Shown piece by piece: positions 61,698-64,000 of a stretch of 64,000 bases of DNA. Positions within the stretch are counted from its first letter, which is position 1, and each line of letters starts with the position of its first letter. The notes under the pieces are model-generated. The model was given only the letters and a program-made list of their open reading frames with translations. It was not told the origin of the DNA and did no database searches. The stretch is from NCBI GenBank assembly GCA_963667175.2, contig CAXXXF010000016.1:128001-192000 (forward strand), in the 5' to 3' direction. This stretch comes from Candidatus Latescibacterota bacterium (GTDB taxonomy: Bacteria; Latescibacterota; UBA2968; GCA-2709665). The position numbers and the translations under genes were made by a program.

Positions 61698-64000
61698 TCA
61701 CCCCTTCCCGCTGCCCCCGCCATTGTTGTTGCAGATTGTCTCCAGGACGCGCCCCGGGGACATGGGCAGGTCGCGCAAACGCACGCCGATGGCATCGTAG
61801 ATCGCATTCGCCACGGCCGCCGGCGGAGGAACGATGGGCACTTCACCGACACCTCGAACCCCGTACGGGTGGCCAGGATTCGGCACCTCGACGATCACCG
61901 TCTCGATCATCGGCAAATCCAGGCAGGTTGGCATCCGGTAGTCCAGCAGGCTGGCGTTGACCAGGTCGCCCTTTTCGTTGTAGAAGTATTCTTCGTTCAA
62001 CGCCCACCCGATACCCTGGGCGACGCCGCCCTGCATCTGTCCCTCCACGTAGGCGGGATGGATGGCCTTACCGGCATCCTGCACGATCGTTACCCGGAGA
62101 ATGTCGACCTTTCCCGTGTCCGGATCGACTTCCACGTCCACGACCATAACGGCGTAAGCCGGCCCCGCCGCCTTTCCGGCCACCGCCGCCCGACCGACCA
62201 CGGGACCGCCCGTGGCGCCAAGCTTACCCGCCAGTTCGGTAAACGTGATGGATTTCTCGGGGGCGGACCTGGACTTGAACACGCCGCCGTCGAAGACCAC
62301 GTCATCATCCGGGATCTCCCACAATCTGGCGGCCCTTGCGACCATCTGGCGCTTCACGTCTTCCGCGGCCTCGTAACCGGCCCACCCCGTGGCAAAGGTC
62401 ACGCGGCTCCCTCCCGTGCCGTCCGTCTGCCCGATGGCGTCGGTGTCAACCACCATCGGCTTCACCTGCTCGGCCGGAACCCCCAGTACCTCGGCAACCT
62501 GCATCGCGATGGAAGTCCTGGTGCCTCCGATATCGGGCGAACCCTCGACGAGATTAACCGTTCCATCGCCATTTACACTGACCACGACCGTTGACGTGCC
62601 ACCCCCATTGAACCAGAACCCGGATGCCACGCCGCGACCCCGATTGGGCCCGTTGAGCGTGGACTGATAGTGATCCGACGCCATCGCCGCCCTTACGCAT
62701 TCGTCGTGGCCGATCCGGGGAAAGACCGGTCCGTCGGCACGCCGGCTGCCCTCTTTGGCGGAGTTATTCAGGCGAAACTCGAGCGGGTCGGTACCGAGAG
62801 TCTCGCAGATCTCGTCGATGACGGTTTCGGCGGCGAATGCGCCATTGGTGGCGCCCGGCGCGCGGTACGCCGAAGTCTGTGGTTTGTTCACGACAACGTC
62901 GTACCCGTCGATGACCACGTTGGGGATGTCGTACGGAGAAAAGATACATCCGGCCCCGGCGCCCACGGGCGATCCGGGATAGGCCCCGGCTTCATACGCC
63001 AGATACGCCTGCGCGGCGACCAGTCTGCCGTCTCTTGTGGCGCCCATCTTCACCGTCATATAAGAACCGGGCGTTGGACCCGTCGCTTTCAGAACTTCCG
63101 TACGGCTCATCACCATCTTTACAGGCTTGCCCGTCATCCGGGACATGAACGCTGCCGTCGGTTCCTGGTAGACGCGGAACTTGCCTCCGAATCCGCCGCC
63201 GATCTCCGCCGGAACCACCCGGACGCTGGACGTGGGCACGCCCAGGACGTCGGCGACCTGGTCGCGAACTTCGAAGGGCCCCTGGGTACTGGTCCAAACG
63301 GTAATCTGATCGTCGAGATTCCAATAGGCCGTCACGTTGTGGGGCTCGATGTAGCCCTGATGCACCGTCTGCGTACTGAATTCCCGCTCAACCACGATAT
63401 CGGCCTCGGCAAAACCCCGGTCAACGTCGCCCAGCGTATGCTGGAAATGATTGGCGATATTTCCGGTTTTGTCCGTCGCCTGGCCCAGCGATTTCACCTT
63501 CATGGTCTCGTGCAGCAGGGGCGCGCCGTCTTCCATCGCGGGGCGGACGTCGAGCACGGGCTCCAGGACTTCGTATTCGACGCGTATGAGATCCAGCGCT
63601 TCTTCGGCGATATGGGCCGACGTTGCCGCGACCGCCGCAACCGCATGGCCCTCATAGAGCACTTTGTCGGACGCCAGGACGTTGGTGACCAGGTGGGGCA
63701 GACTAACCGAACCTTCTCCAATGTTCGCCACCTTGTCTTCGTAGTGCATCGCGAGGTCGGCGCCCGTCATGACGGCTTTCACGCCCGGCAGCGCTCTGGC
63801 CGCTCCCGTGTCGATAGACAGGATACGGGCGTGCGCGTGGGGGCTGCGGAGGGTCTTTCCGACCAATACGCCAGACGTGTGGGTATCCGCGCCGTACTTC
63901 GCGCGGCCGGTCACCTTGTCCGTGCCATCGTGGCGAATCGGTCGGGTTCCAACCACGTTGTAGCGGTCGATGCCGAGATAGTCTTCCGTTCTTGTGCCCA
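61698..64000 (-). CDS. Xanthine dehydrogenase/CoxL-family molybdopterin-binding subunit (5' end outside the window)
   Basis: RSPHAHA, IGGGFGGK, AYRAPG, GQMQGG, GVGE. Confidence 0.92.
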   Translation of the reverse strand, partial: GTRTEDYLGIDRYNVVGTRPIRHDGTDKVTGRAKYGADTHTSGVLVGKTLRSPHAHARILSIDTGAARALPGVKAVMTGADLAMHYEDKVANIGEGSVSLPHLVTNVLASDKVLYEGHAVAAVAATSAHIAEEALDLIRVEYEVLEPVLDVRPAMEDGAPLLHETMKVKSLGQATDKTGNIANHFQHTLGDVDRGFAEADIVVEREFSTQTVHQGYIEPHNVTAYWNLDDQITVWTSTQGPFEVRDQVADVLGVPTSSVRVVPAEIGGGFGGKFRVYQEPTAAFMSRMTGKPVKMVMSRTEVLKATGPTPGSYMTVKMGATRDGRLVAAQAYLAYEAGAYPGSPVGAGAGCIFSPYDIPNVVIDGYDVVVNKPQTSAYRAPGATNGAFAAETVIDEICETLGTDPLEFRLNNSAKEGSRRADGPVFPRIGHDECVRAAMASDHYQSTLNGPNRGRGVASGFWFNGGGTSTVVVSVNGDGTVNLVEGSPDIGGTRTSIAMQVAEVLGVPAEQVKPMVVDTDAIGQTDGTGGSRVTFATGWAGYEAAEDVKRQMVARAARLWEIPDDDVVFDGGVFKSRSAPEKSITFTELAGKLGATGGPVVGRAAVAGKAAGPAYAVMVVDVEVDPDTGKVDILRVTIVQDAGKAIHPAYVEGQMQGGVAQGIGWALNEEYFYNEKGDLVNASLLDYRMPTCLDLPMIETVIVEVPNPGHPYGVRGVGEVPIVPPPAAVANAIYDAIGVRLRDLPMSPGRVLETICNNNGGGSGKG

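Overview
GC-rich bacterial chromosome segment; the lineage cannot be determined from the sequence alone. The left flank (1-4.9 kb) holds housekeeping genes: MerR regulator, der, DUF512, pentapeptide protein and nucleoside hydrolase. The right flank (44.8-64 kb) holds tRNA-Gly, miaA, mutL, an aminotransferase, a heparinase-like lyase, hpt, UDG, mobA, aldolase, ychF and a Mo-hydroxylase. Between them lies a ~40 kb accessory/defence island next to the 3' end of tRNA-Gly(CCC), with no integrase visible. The island carries (1) a PLD-SNF2 helicase + N6-adenine MTase + HNH operon, (2) a 1510-aa REase-STAND ATPase beside a giant frameshifted partner, (3) several PD-(D/E)XK and HEPN-like genes, (4) many toxin-antitoxin modules and remnants, and (5) four IS elements, each interrupting a gene that is restored in frame once the IS and one target duplication are removed. 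The most unusual structure is a GxxExxY nuclease gene inside the helicase-MTase operon. It is bracketed by inward-facing arrays of an ACTACGAAAnACGCGAAA repeat and preceded by three diverged tandem copies of a 'helicase end + array + GxxExxY start' junction, suggesting a repeat-associated mobile nuclease element. All protein family calls are motif-based recognition, not database searches.
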